This document shows, in pieces, positions 1 to 7,145 of a stretch of 64,000 nt of DNA. The notes beneath the pieces are model-generated. The model ran no database searches and was not told the origin of the DNA. It worked only from the letters and a program-made list of their open reading frames with translations. Each line of letters starts with the position of its first letter. The stretch's first letter is position 1. The translations under genes and the position numbers were made by a program. The stretch is from a virus: IMG/VR virus record IMGVR_UViG_3300029552_000001, one strand, 5' to 3'.

Positions 1-41
1 GGAAACGCCGCTATTTAACTCTATAAAGGAAGGAGGCTATT

Positions 42-458
42 ATGGCTTGTGTTTCTAAAATAGGGTCTCTTTATGAGTTGGTCACGAAGAACGTGGTAGT
101 GACTACTACCAACACCATCTTCGGCATCAACCCAAGGATATGGCTGTCCTTGCCATGCGAGGGCCTTCTGCTGCTGAAAATCCGGCAGGTGGTTCCGACA
201 ACAGGCGAGACATTGCCAGTACAGATAGCTGTCCCAGCGAATAGCACCGTATCCACGGTAGGTGATGACACATGCTGCCCGGTAACCGGCGTGGCTGTGG
301 TGAACCCGATCAACGTGGCTGTGACCGGAGCGGCTATGGTTAACAACACCGAACGCCTTGTTTATTTCAATAAGGTAAGGGGTGTATTGAGGCTCATGGA
401 TTGCTGTGTGCCTACAACTTCCGCCTCGGCGTCGGAGACGACTGTTGATGAGGAATAG
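42..458 (+). CDS. hypothetical protein (late block)
   Basis: 138-aa ORF with AAGGAGG about 7 nt upstream of the ATG. First gene of the co-directional rightward block. No motif recognised. Confidence 0.55.
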   Translation: MACVSKIGSLYELVTKNVVVTTTNTIFGINPRIWLSLPCEGLLLLKIRQVVPTTGETLPVQIAVPANSTVSTVGDDTCCPVTGVAVVNPINVAVTGAAMVNNTERLVYFNKVRGVLRLMDCCVPTTSASASETTVDEE

Positions 459-477
459 GTTAGATTGGATGTCTAAT

Positions 478-495
478 GGGAGGGTATTCCCTCCC
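478..495 (+). other. GC hairpin GGGAGGG-TATT-CCCTCCC in the intergenic gap
   Basis: Perfect 7-bp stem with a 4-nt loop, 20 nt after the stop at 458. No clear T tail, so terminator status is uncertain. It overlaps the first ATG (476) of the next ORF. Confidence 0.4.
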
Positions 496-511
496 GCTTA
501 AAAATCGAGAT

Positions 512-1009
512 ATGTTTAGAGACTTAAAGAAAGGATTTCAAGTATATACGCTGGATACGTCCGATGTTCCGGTGTTCAGGATGGGGAATGTGGTTAACGT
601 GTCCGAGCCTAGGTTCCAGCAACCCCAGATGGGTCAGATGGGGCAATATCAGCAACTACAGGATAGGGTGATAGACCTTACCGTGGAGATAAACGGGTCT
701 TCCATGACCTATGTCGTACCGGAGAGCAGGGATGTCGCTATGTCCAATAACATAACTTTGGCCTGCTCGGTCGATCCGATCATGAACCAGCTTAACGCCG
801 CTAAGAGAACCAGCTCCGATATTCTCGATAGTATCGATAAGCATAGGAGGACGCTAGAGGCTTGTGATTCGATCCTTGAGGAAATCAATCCGGCTTTTAA
901 GCAGACTAAGGATCAAGACCGGAAGATCAAGAATCTTGAGGAGAAAGTCGATAGGATGGGATCCTCTTTCGATGAGCTAAAAGAGTTGTTAATTAAAAAA
1001 TTAGGTTAA
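512..1009 (+). CDS. hypothetical protein with coiled-coil-like C-terminus
   Basis: The ORF track gives 476..1009. I prefer the in-frame ATG at 512 because 476-495 forms the GC hairpin. The C-terminus is KIKNLEEKVDRMGSSFDELKELLIKK. Confidence 0.55.
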   Translation: MFRDLKKGFQVYTLDTSDVPVFRMGNVVNVSEPRFQQPQMGQMGQYQQLQDRVIDLTVEINGSSMTYVVPESRDVAMSNNITLACSVDPIMNQLNAAKRTSSDILDSIDKHRRTLEACDSILEEINPAFKQTKDQDRKIKNLEEKVDRMGSSFDELKELLIKKLG

Positions 1010-1010
1010 G

Positions 1011-1379
1011 ATGAGAGTTATAGATTTAGGCGGCGGTCACGATGAGGACTACAATGACGAGATCTACGATCGTAGAGGCGGCCGTGGACGTAGCAGACGT
1101 TCGGATGGGACTTACATGGGTTATGGTGGTGGAATATATGACCATTATGGCAAGGAGCATGACGGTAGGATGGATGAGCTAGAACGCCGTGAGCGTGATC
1201 TTGAAAGACGTGAGAGGGAGCTGGAACGTGACGAGCGTGAGCTTGAGAAACGTGAGAGACTCCATGAACGTGAGGACGAGATGTATCGCAGGGGATGGTT
1301 CGGTGAGCGCGGCATCCGTGACGAGTACGAAGGTACCGAACCGTATATGCGCAGGGGACGCAGGAGTCGTTACTACTGA
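1011..1379 (+). CDS. highly charged Arg/Glu/Tyr/Gly-rich protein; possibly the N-terminal part of a longer readthrough product
   Basis: 122-aa ORF starting 2 nt after the previous stop. Low-complexity run RRERDLERRERELERDERELEKRER. It ends at a TGA (1377-1379) that is followed by open in-frame sequence. Confidence 0.6.
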   Translation: MRVIDLGGGHDEDYNDEIYDRRGGRGRSRRSDGTYMGYGGGIYDHYGKEHDGRMDELERRERDLERRERELERDERELEKRERLHEREDEMYRRGWFGERGIRDEYEGTEPYMRRGRRSRYY

Positions 1380-1472
1380 GGAGCAGACGCCGATGACCCG
1401 GATTATAAGCGGTATATAGACACCCATGGATATCACTTTTCCAAGGAGCTGGCTAGGGAAGCCGCTGACAAG

Positions 1473-1766
1473 ATGCTTAACGCCGACGGGTCCAAGAGAA
1501 GATGGACGATGGAGGACGCTAAGCAGATGTTCGATAAATGCGGGGCCAAGAAACCTGATAACGCCACTTGGGGAGATATCCAATATCTGTTCGCTATGTT
1601 CTATAGCGACTACTTTCCTAAGGTATTGGATTGCGACCAGAAAATAGTCAAGGCTGTCTTGGCTTATCTGGAAGACCCTGACGCCCCGGAAGGGACGGCG
1701 TTCGTAAGGTATCTGGCGGTGCGGTGCTTCGTCGGTGACACAATCAAATGGAGTGATATGATTTAG
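1473..1766 (+). CDS. hypothetical protein (MLNADGSKRRW / FYSDYF motifs); in frame with 1011..1379
   Basis: 97-aa ORF from the first ATG. The 31 codons upstream (1380-1472) are open, protein-like, and contain no ATG/GTG/TTG. Same frame as the preceding gene. Confidence 0.6.
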   Translation: MLNADGSKRRWTMEDAKQMFDKCGAKKPDNATWGDIQYLFAMFYSDYFPKVLDCDQKIVKAVLAYLEDPDAPEGTAFVRYLAVRCFVGDTIKWSDMI

Positions 1767-1785
1767 GTTTGATACAACGTTGGAG

Positions 1786-1824
1786 AACCCTGTCGGCAAT
1801 AGAATACCGATAGGGTTTCTTTTT
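1786..1824 (+). terminator. rho-independent terminator
   Basis: AACCCTGTCGG / CCGATAGGGTT forms an 11-bp stem (one G-U) with a 10-nt loop, followed by TCTTTTT. It lies 20 nt after the stop at 1766. Confidence 0.7.
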
Positions 1825-1997
1825 GATCGTAGCCTTATTATGATTACATTTGTTCGAGGTAGATCTTTTGTTCATAGGAAGGGTGGGCGGGAATGAAAAA
1901 AGGCATCCTCACGGACACCCTTCCCCTTTGGTTGAAAATCACTTAAAACATTATGAGTTACTACACCGCAAATATAGATAATTAAATACAAACTGCA

Positions 1998-2327
1998 ATG
2001 GGTAAGGGGTATTATTGGATAGAGCCAGTGGATCAGACGTTAAATGATTTCCAATTTTATAAGGCACGTATCGTAGGCGATCCTGAATATGACGAGAAAC
2101 ATCATCGTGTTATATTGAGGACTGATAAGTATTTCCCTGTCGGAAGTATCTTCCATGTCTTAAAAGACCCAGAGATGTTTGTTATAGAGAGGAAGTTTAA
2201 GACATGGGGGAATAAGTATGTCGTTAAGCCTTGTGAGGGTGAATGGGAATGGGAATCTGTCCAGAAACTTAAAGACAAGGCTATTATATTCCGTAGCGGA
2301 TTCCTGCACGGGGACGGCAGTTTTTGA
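1998..2327 (+). CDS. hypothetical protein
   Basis: 109-aa ORF in the rightward block. No motif recognised. Confidence 0.55.
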   Translation: MGKGYYWIEPVDQTLNDFQFYKARIVGDPEYDEKHHRVILRTDKYFPVGSIFHVLKDPEMFVIERKFKTWGNKYVVKPCEGEWEWESVQKLKDKAIIFRSGFLHGDGSF

Positions 2328-2342
2328 CACTTACCCGTATCT

Positions 2343-2351
2343 CCCCCCCCC
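2343..2351 (+). repeat. C9 homopolymer tract preceded by CGTATCT
   Basis: CCCGTATCT-CCCCCCCCC lies 6 nt after the TGA at 2327 and 29 nt upstream of the TATATTTG box. Confidence 0.9.
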
Positions 2352-2379
2352 TCGATTTCTTGGTATTTATGTATATAAC

Positions 2380-2387
2380 TATATTTG
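2380..2387 (+). promoter_or_regulatory. Bacteroidota-type -7 promoter box TATATTTG
   Basis: Matches the TAnnTTTG consensus, 19 nt upstream of the tail-fibre ATG at 2407. Confidence 0.5.
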
Positions 2388-2406
2388 AGCAAAAAATAAG
2401 TTTGAT

Positions 2407-4038
2407 ATGGAAGATTTTCAAGGTAAATACAATGGTAAGCAGATAGATCAGCTTTTGGATAAGGCTAATGATATTGATCTTACCAAATATGCTCTTAAGA
2501 CGGATAATGCCCCTACCGCCACGAAATTACAGGCGGCTAGGACCATAGCGCTGTCCGGGGCTGTTACCGGTAGTGTCTCATCGGACTTCGGAGGCAACGT
2601 AACTATCTCCACGACATTGGCCAATTTTGATGCCTCTAAGATCGCATCCGGAACCATCAGCATAGATAGGTTACCTAAGGCGGCTTTGGAGAGATTGGTC
2701 GTGGTAGCTGATGATACGGCTAGATTCGCCCTTACCACCGCTACGGCTCAAAGCGGTGATACGGTAAAGGTCACGTCTACAGGTAAGATGTATCTGATAA
2801 AAGACGAGTCTAAATTGAACAGTGAGGATGGGTATGAGCCTTACACGGCCAGTCAGGCTTCCTCCGTGCCTTGGTCCGGGGTTACGGGCAAACCAAGTAC
2901 CTTCACCCCTCCCACGTCCTCCGCTACCGTTCTTGGCGGTATTAAGGTAGGATATACGACTTCCGGGAAGAACTATAAGGTACAGCTGGATTCGTCCGGC
3001 AACGCTTACGTTAACGTTCCGTGGACGGATAATAACACAACGTATAATGAAGCCACGGCCGACACCTTAGGATTGGTTAAGATCGGCTATGCTTCTAATG
3101 GAAAGAACTACGCTGTGCTATTGGCTAATGGCAAGATGTACGTCAATGTCCCTTGGACTGACAGTAACACGACTTATACCCAAGCTACAAGCGATAATCT
3201 GGGTCTTGTTAAGATCGGGTATTCAGCTAACGGAAAGAATTACCCGGTAGCTCTTGACGGAAATGGTAAGATGTATGTGAATGTTCCGTGGACGGATACC
3301 AACACGACATACACCAATATGGGAGCCGCTTCTGCCTCAGCGGCGGGAAAGGCAGGTTTGGTCCCCGCACCTGCCGCCGGAGCGCAAGCCAAGTATCTTC
3401 GTGGTGATGGGACATGGCAAACTCCTCCTAACACCACATATAGTAACATGGGAGGAGCAACGTCCTCAGCCGCAGGATCGGCGGGATTGGTACCCGCTCC
3501 CGCCGCTGGTAAGCAGACGTCCTTTCTTCGTGGTGACGGGACATGGGTCGTACCTACTAATACCACATACGGATTGGCCTCTACTACAGCTAACGGCTTG
3601 TTGAGACAGCTTAATGGCAGTACATCCAGTTTCATGCGTGGAGATGGCACTTGGGCTACACCTCCTAACACGACATATGCCGTGGCCAATGAGTCTACTA
3701 ACGGTTTGATGGCGGCCGCCGATAAGAAGACCATGAACAGGCTTATAGGGGTTAATACGGTCACGACATTAGCTAACCTGCCTATTAGCAAGAGAAGTAT
3801 CACGGCTACGTTATCAGCCGCTACCACCCTATCCGTGCAGTCAGGGATGCAGATAGGGGAGGAGCTGATGATCAGGTGCGTCCCGTCGGCGGCCTTCACG
3901 CAGGCTATACCCAACTCCGGGGCTTATGTAAGCATGAGTGGTACTTCTATAACCACTACGGCTAACAAGCCTTTCGAGATAAATATCTGGTGTTACGCTT
4001 CAGGTAAGTATAGTATCGCCGTTAAAGAACAAGATTAA
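2407..4038 (+). CDS. tail fibre protein with two families of tandem repeats
   Basis: 543 aa. Three copies of LG(G/L)(I/V)K(V/I)GY...GKNY.V.L...G..YVNVPWTD.NTTY, then three copies of ...AG.AGLVPAPAAG....(F/Y)(L/M)RGDGTW..P.NTTY, then NGLMAAADKK. These are typical phage fibre repeat signatures. Confidence 0.8.
   Translation: MEDFQGKYNGKQIDQLLDKANDIDLTKYALKTDNAPTATKLQAARTIALSGAVTGSVSSDFGGNVTISTTLANFDASKIASGTISIDRLPKAALERLVVVADDTARFALTTATAQSGDTVKVTSTGKMYLIKDESKLNSEDGYEPYTASQASSVPWSGVTGKPSTFTPPTSSATVLGGIKVGYTTSGKNYKVQLDSSGNAYVNVPWTDNNTTYNEATADTLGLVKIGYASNGKNYAVLLANGKMYVNVPWTDSNTTYTQATSDNLGLVKIGYSANGKNYPVALDGNGKMYVNVPWTDTNTTYTNMGAASASAAGKAGLVPAPAAGAQAKYLRGDGTWQTPPNTTYSNMGGATSSAAGSAGLVPAPAAGKQTSFLRGDGTWVVPTNTTYGLASTTANGLLRQLNGSTSSFMRGDGTWATPPNTTYAVANESTNGLMAAADKKTMNRLIGVNTVTTLANLPISKRSITATLSAATTLSVQSGMQIGEELMIRCVPSAAFTQAIPNSGAYVSMSGTSITTTANKPFEINIWCYASGKYSIAVKEQD
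2926..3678 (+). repeat. intragenic tandem repeats of the tail fibre (3 + 3 units of about 36-44 aa)
   Basis: Repeat units read directly from the translation (aa 174-424). Confidence 0.8.
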
Positions 4039-4049
4039 TGATATAAGAT

Positions 4050-5099
4050 ATGAGCTACGTATATATAAACAGGGAAATATATCCCAATCAATTAGTTCAG
4101 GACGATCCGCTTGATGATAATTACGCCAAGGGCTATAGTTATGATGATTACATTAACGGGAATCCCGCCCCATGGATAGAGTTTGGGGAGGAGCAATTGG
4201 CGTTCAAGGAGGCTAATCCTAAAGCTACGGTTAAGGAGATTATCGAGGCTAAATTGGATGACTCAAAGCTTCTTAATGAGGAGAAATCGGCTAAGTATGA
4301 GGAGATCAGGACTTATGAGAATGAGAATCTTCATGAGTTTTTCTTGGATGACCAAAATATCTATATCCCTGAATATGATAGGCGTAACGCTTTGGCTGAT
4401 GGGGCTATAGCTGGTAAGATAACGATCATAGGTCTGGAGTTCGATATGACGGAAGGCAAGATCTTGATCGGGATGATGGATAAGTATGATAATGATCTGA
4501 TGTCGGCGTTAGGAGCCAAACAGAGGGAAGTAAGCTTAGCCACTACCGTAGAGCAGGTGAGGGCTATTGACGCTCAGTCCGGCTATCCAGATAAGGTAAA
4601 TATCACCATGACTTATGTCCGGCAACAGGCAAAGGAGAAAGATGTCTCCGATCCTCAGAAAGTGGCTGTCAGATTCTCCAGAATGGTGGTTAATAACAAG
4701 ACTATATCTTTATCCCCTAATGAGAAACTGGATGTTAAGGTTCTATTCCCTATATGGGGACAAGAAGGGGCGGAGTTCGGGTTGTCGGTGGATGCCGGAT
4801 TCTGTCTCAGGGTGGTGAAGGACGATACGGATATCCTTTATGAGGTTATTCAACAACATACATTATCAAAGGAATGGGAACCCGGATTAAATACGGCTTC
4901 CTTATACAAGGTCATTGATAAGGAGCATGCCGGGACCATAGGGGATCCTATCCCGTATTTCCCTCCAATGGAGATATTCAAGGATAAATATTACATCCAG
5001 AACGCTGATGTATATAAGTGCACTAGGGATAGCGGAACTCCTCTTAGTCATAATCTAAAGGACTTAGTAGGGTTGTATGTTGAGGTTGTACAGGGCTAG
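4050..5099 (+). CDS. hypothetical protein (tail-fibre-adjacent)
   Basis: 349-aa ORF starting 11 nt after the fibre gene. No motif recognised. Confidence 0.65.
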   Translation: MSYVYINREIYPNQLVQDDPLDDNYAKGYSYDDYINGNPAPWIEFGEEQLAFKEANPKATVKEIIEAKLDDSKLLNEEKSAKYEEIRTYENENLHEFFLDDQNIYIPEYDRRNALADGAIAGKITIIGLEFDMTEGKILIGMMDKYDNDLMSALGAKQREVSLATTVEQVRAIDAQSGYPDKVNITMTYVRQQAKEKDVSDPQKVAVRFSRMVVNNKTISLSPNEKLDVKVLFPIWGQEGAEFGLSVDAGFCLRVVKDDTDILYEVIQQHTLSKEWEPGLNTASLYKVIDKEHAGTIGDPIPYFPPMEIFKDKYYIQNADVYKCTRDSGTPLSHNLKDLVGLYVEVVQG

Positions 5100-5108
5100 T
5101 CGTATCTA

Positions 5109-5116
5109 CCCCCCCC
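5109..5116 (+). repeat. C8 homopolymer tract preceded by CGTATCT(A)
   Basis: GTCGTATCTA-CCCCCCCC starts 1 nt after the TAG at 5099 and directly abuts TATATTTG. Confidence 0.9.
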
Positions 5117-5124
5117 TATATTTG
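5117..5124 (+). promoter_or_regulatory. TAnnTTTG box (TATATTTG)
   Basis: Consensus match 64 nt upstream of the ATG at 5188. A second match, TATTTTTG, is at 5145-5152. Confidence 0.4.
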
Positions 5125-5187
5125 GCTTGTGATATGATACAAGTTATTTTTGGCATAATAAAATGACATTTGTAAATATATTTAAGT

Positions 5188-5847
5188 ATGGCATCACAAA
5201 AATTCGGTTTCGTAACCGTCGACCCGGTATCAGGATCAGGAGATCAGGCGGTTAATTTCTCCGGTGAGAAACACACCGGTCGTCTTCAACGCACTATCAA
5301 CCTTACGGTCACCACGAACGGCGGGGCTAAGAAGGCGTTGGTAGTTAATCAGGCAGCGGCTGCTGAGGTGGTAAGATCAGACAGCCCTAACGCTTCCGTA
5401 CAAAAGACAGGCGGTAATGTTACCATCACCGGTAAGTCTAACAGTACTAAGCTTACGTTCGCGGTCACGCCGGCTGAGGAGAACGGGCTTACGTTACAGC
5501 TCCCGGCTAACTACACGGCGGCTGGAAAGACTACGGCTAACGGAGCGGTTATCGCCGACGATCCCGGAGCCGCTGGCGAGTTCGTTTGGAGCATCACGAT
5601 CTCGGACGTACCGGCCAACGTCACGATCGAGGAACTGACAGCTACATTGAAGGTAACTGCCGCTGGTGGCCAGATAGCCAACGTGACGGTAACGCAAGCC
5701 GCTGGAGACTCTACTATCGAGCTTGACAAGGAGACTATTAACTTGGATGTAAATGGTACTCAACAGACGGTTAACGTAACATCTAATGACAGCTGGACAT
5801 GGGCGCAAGCTGCGGCTAGAACCGTATTGAGAATGATGGGACGATAA
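5188..5847 (+). CDS. BACON/Ig-like repeat protein (putative surface or carbohydrate-binding virion decoration)
   Basis: 219 aa. The segments VDPVSGSGDQAVNF...RLQRTINLTVTT...ALVVNQAA, ...ANVTVTQAAG and VNVTSNDSWTW fit the BACON pattern (sP.sG.G...R...itv...vtvtQ.g / vtsn..Wt), recalled from memory. Confidence 0.55.
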   Translation: MASQKFGFVTVDPVSGSGDQAVNFSGEKHTGRLQRTINLTVTTNGGAKKALVVNQAAAAEVVRSDSPNASVQKTGGNVTITGKSNSTKLTFAVTPAEENGLTLQLPANYTAAGKTTANGAVIADDPGAAGEFVWSITISDVPANVTIEELTATLKVTAAGGQIANVTVTQAAGDSTIELDKETINLDVNGTQQTVNVTSNDSWTWAQAAARTVLRMMGR

Positions 5848-5868
5848 TCAGTTTCTTTTCTCTTACTC

Positions 5869-5910
5869 AGACCCCGATCGACTAAAGCCGGTTGGGGTTT
5901 ATTTGTTTTG
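5869..5910 (+). terminator. probable rho-independent terminator
   Basis: AGACCCCGATCG / CGGTTGGGGTTT forms an imperfect stem (several G-U pairs) followed by ATTTGTTTT. Confidence 0.5.
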
Positions 5911-5911
5911 C

Positions 5912-5919
5912 TATCTTTG
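5912..5919 (+). promoter_or_regulatory. TAnnTTTG box (TATCTTTG)
   Basis: 24 nt upstream of the ATG at 5944. Confidence 0.5.
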
Positions 5920-5943
5920 CAATAGAACAAAAATAATACAACT

Positions 5944-6261
5944 ATGGCTAATGATTTGAATATTAATTGGAAGGACGGGGTAGGCGAGGTAACGGACCAG
6001 CCTCTGACCGTCAGTCCGGGGTCCGGGGCCGGAAGCGCCCCCGTTTCCTTTGGCTCGGTGATGAACAACGGTCTTGATCGGACTCTTGAGCTGGAGATAA
6101 CAACTCCAAAAGGTATTAAGAAGACGCTCACGGTGAATCAGGAGGGATGCCGGCAGGCTTATATTACGAGTGACGGCAAACGATGGCTGACTAGCGACAA
6201 TCGGGTGTATGGGGTTTTGAAAAGCGATGCTCCGTGCGAATGCATAGGTGATTGTCCTTGA
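5944..6261 (+). CDS. small BACON-like domain protein
   Basis: 105 aa. LTVSPGSGAGSAPVSF...NNGLDRTLELEITT...KTLTVNQEG fits the BACON C-terminal half pattern. Confidence 0.5.
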   Translation: MANDLNINWKDGVGEVTDQPLTVSPGSGAGSAPVSFGSVMNNGLDRTLELEITTPKGIKKTLTVNQEGCRQAYITSDGKRWLTSDNRVYGVLKSDAPCECIGDCP

Positions 6262-6340
6262 TATTTTGTTTTTACGAATTTTGTAATTACATTTGTGGCG
6301 CATGTCCATCACCATGCTTTTCGTCGCTAATTTATTATAA

Positions 6341-6382
6341 GGGATACCGGTCTGTGATGGGATCGGCATCCCTCTGTTTTTT
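6341..6382 (+). terminator. rho-independent terminator
   Basis: GGGATACCG / CGGCATCCC stem (8 of 9 bp) followed by TCTGTTTTTT. Confidence 0.65.
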
Positions 6383-6385
6383 AAT

Positions 6386-6660
6386 ATGGAGAAGATAAAT
6401 GTTTTCGATGTTCAGGTTCCTGATGGGAGACAAATCCGTTGTATGTCGTATAATAAGGTTACTTATTTTGATCTTGACGATATAAGTTATGTTTTGACTC
6501 ATACGATCTACATGATGTGGCTGACACTAAGGTAATGAGTGAGTTCCTGCACCGAGAGGGTGGTCGTTATTGGACTACGATAGATGGCGTAAGGCAGTTG
6601 TACCGTAGGATTGAGTGTAAGATGTGTTTTGAGGTTATAGAAAAATTAAAGGGATTATGA
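6386..6660 (+). pseudogene. Bro-N/KilA-N-like small gene split by a -1 frame change
   Basis: ORF a (6386..6535) is MEKINVFDVQVPDGRQIRCMSYNKVTYFDLDDISYVL.... ORF b (6535..6660) is MSEFLHREGGRYWTTIDGVRQLYRRIE.... The -1 frame is open from about 6480 and reads DSYDLHDVADTKVMSEF, so the two halves join across the T4 run at 6492-6495. Confidence 0.35.
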
Positions 6661-7058
6661 GAGAAAAGAAATTTGATTTCGTGATATATCCGTTGGATTT
6701 GATTATCACGGTTGGATTAGATTATAAGACGTTGTGTGATCGTTTCGAGAATATGGAACCTGAACACGAGGGGAAATGGGGAGATGAGGATGATATGGAC
6801 AAGGAGGCGTCTTTCGCAAATTTGGTAAGGGATAGGGACGATGATGATAAATTTGCCATACTTTGGAATTTTTCGAGCGACGATGATTTAATAATGAGAA
6901 ATATATGTCACGAGTCATTCCATATAGCAATGAGCGTATGCCAATTTTGCAACATGTCTCTTGGATTTAAGGTTGGAGAGGATGAACACGCAGCGTATAT
7001 AGCCGGCTTCGCTGGTGATTGCGTTAGTGAGTTCATCAATAGCAAGAATACGGATTAA
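6657..7058 (+). CDS. putative zinc metallopeptidase-like protein (HExxH)
   Basis: 133 aa with HESFH followed by GEDEHAAY. Acidic central region. Its ATGA overlaps the previous stop. Confidence 0.55.
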   Translation: MREKKFDFVIYPLDLIITVGLDYKTLCDRFENMEPEHEGKWGDEDDMDKEASFANLVRDRDDDDKFAILWNFSSDDDLIMRNICHESFHIAMSVCQFCNMSLGFKVGEDEHAAYIAGFAGDCVSEFINSKNTD

Positions 7059-7090
7059 GTCATAAATTCTATAAGGAATATAAGAATATC

Positions 7091-7122
7091 AGCCTCCGCT
7101 TATTTGTGGGGGCTTTTTGTTT
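7091..7122 (+). terminator. rho-independent terminator
   Basis: AGCCTCC / GGGGGCT forms a 7-bp stem (one G-U) with a 10-nt loop, followed by TTTTTGTTT. Confidence 0.65.
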
Positions 7123-7129
7123 ATCTTTG
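7122..7129 (+). promoter_or_regulatory. TAnnTTTG box (TATCTTTG)
   Basis: 16 nt upstream of the ATG at 7146. Confidence 0.4.
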
Positions 7130-7145
7130 TCAAAAACATGAAGTT

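Noticed and set aside
476-511. Start of ORF 476..1009 at the first ATG
   Set aside because: The first 20 nt after this ATG form a perfect GGGAGGG/CCCTCCC hairpin that looks like an intergenic structure. The in-frame ATG at 512 is preferred, though 476 cannot be excluded.
1179-1799. 206-aa ORF on the - strand spanning three rightward genes
   Set aside because: It is antisense to well-packed + strand genes and crosses their boundaries and an intergenic gap. Its composition is low-complexity. It is most likely a by-product of the GC-rich, purine-skewed sense strand.
3240-3914. 224-aa antisense ORF (plus a 107-aa sense alternative-frame ORF) inside the tail-fibre repeats
   Set aside because: It falls exactly on the GC-rich Ala/Gly/Pro repeat DNA, where stop codons are depleted in all frames. 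Its translation mirrors the repeats. There are no independent start signals.
7104-7145. TTG-initiated N-terminal extension of the giant ORF (MWGLFVYLCQKHEV)
   Set aside because: The extension is made of the terminator stem/T-tract and the TATCTTTG box. The in-frame ATG at 7146 follows these signals.
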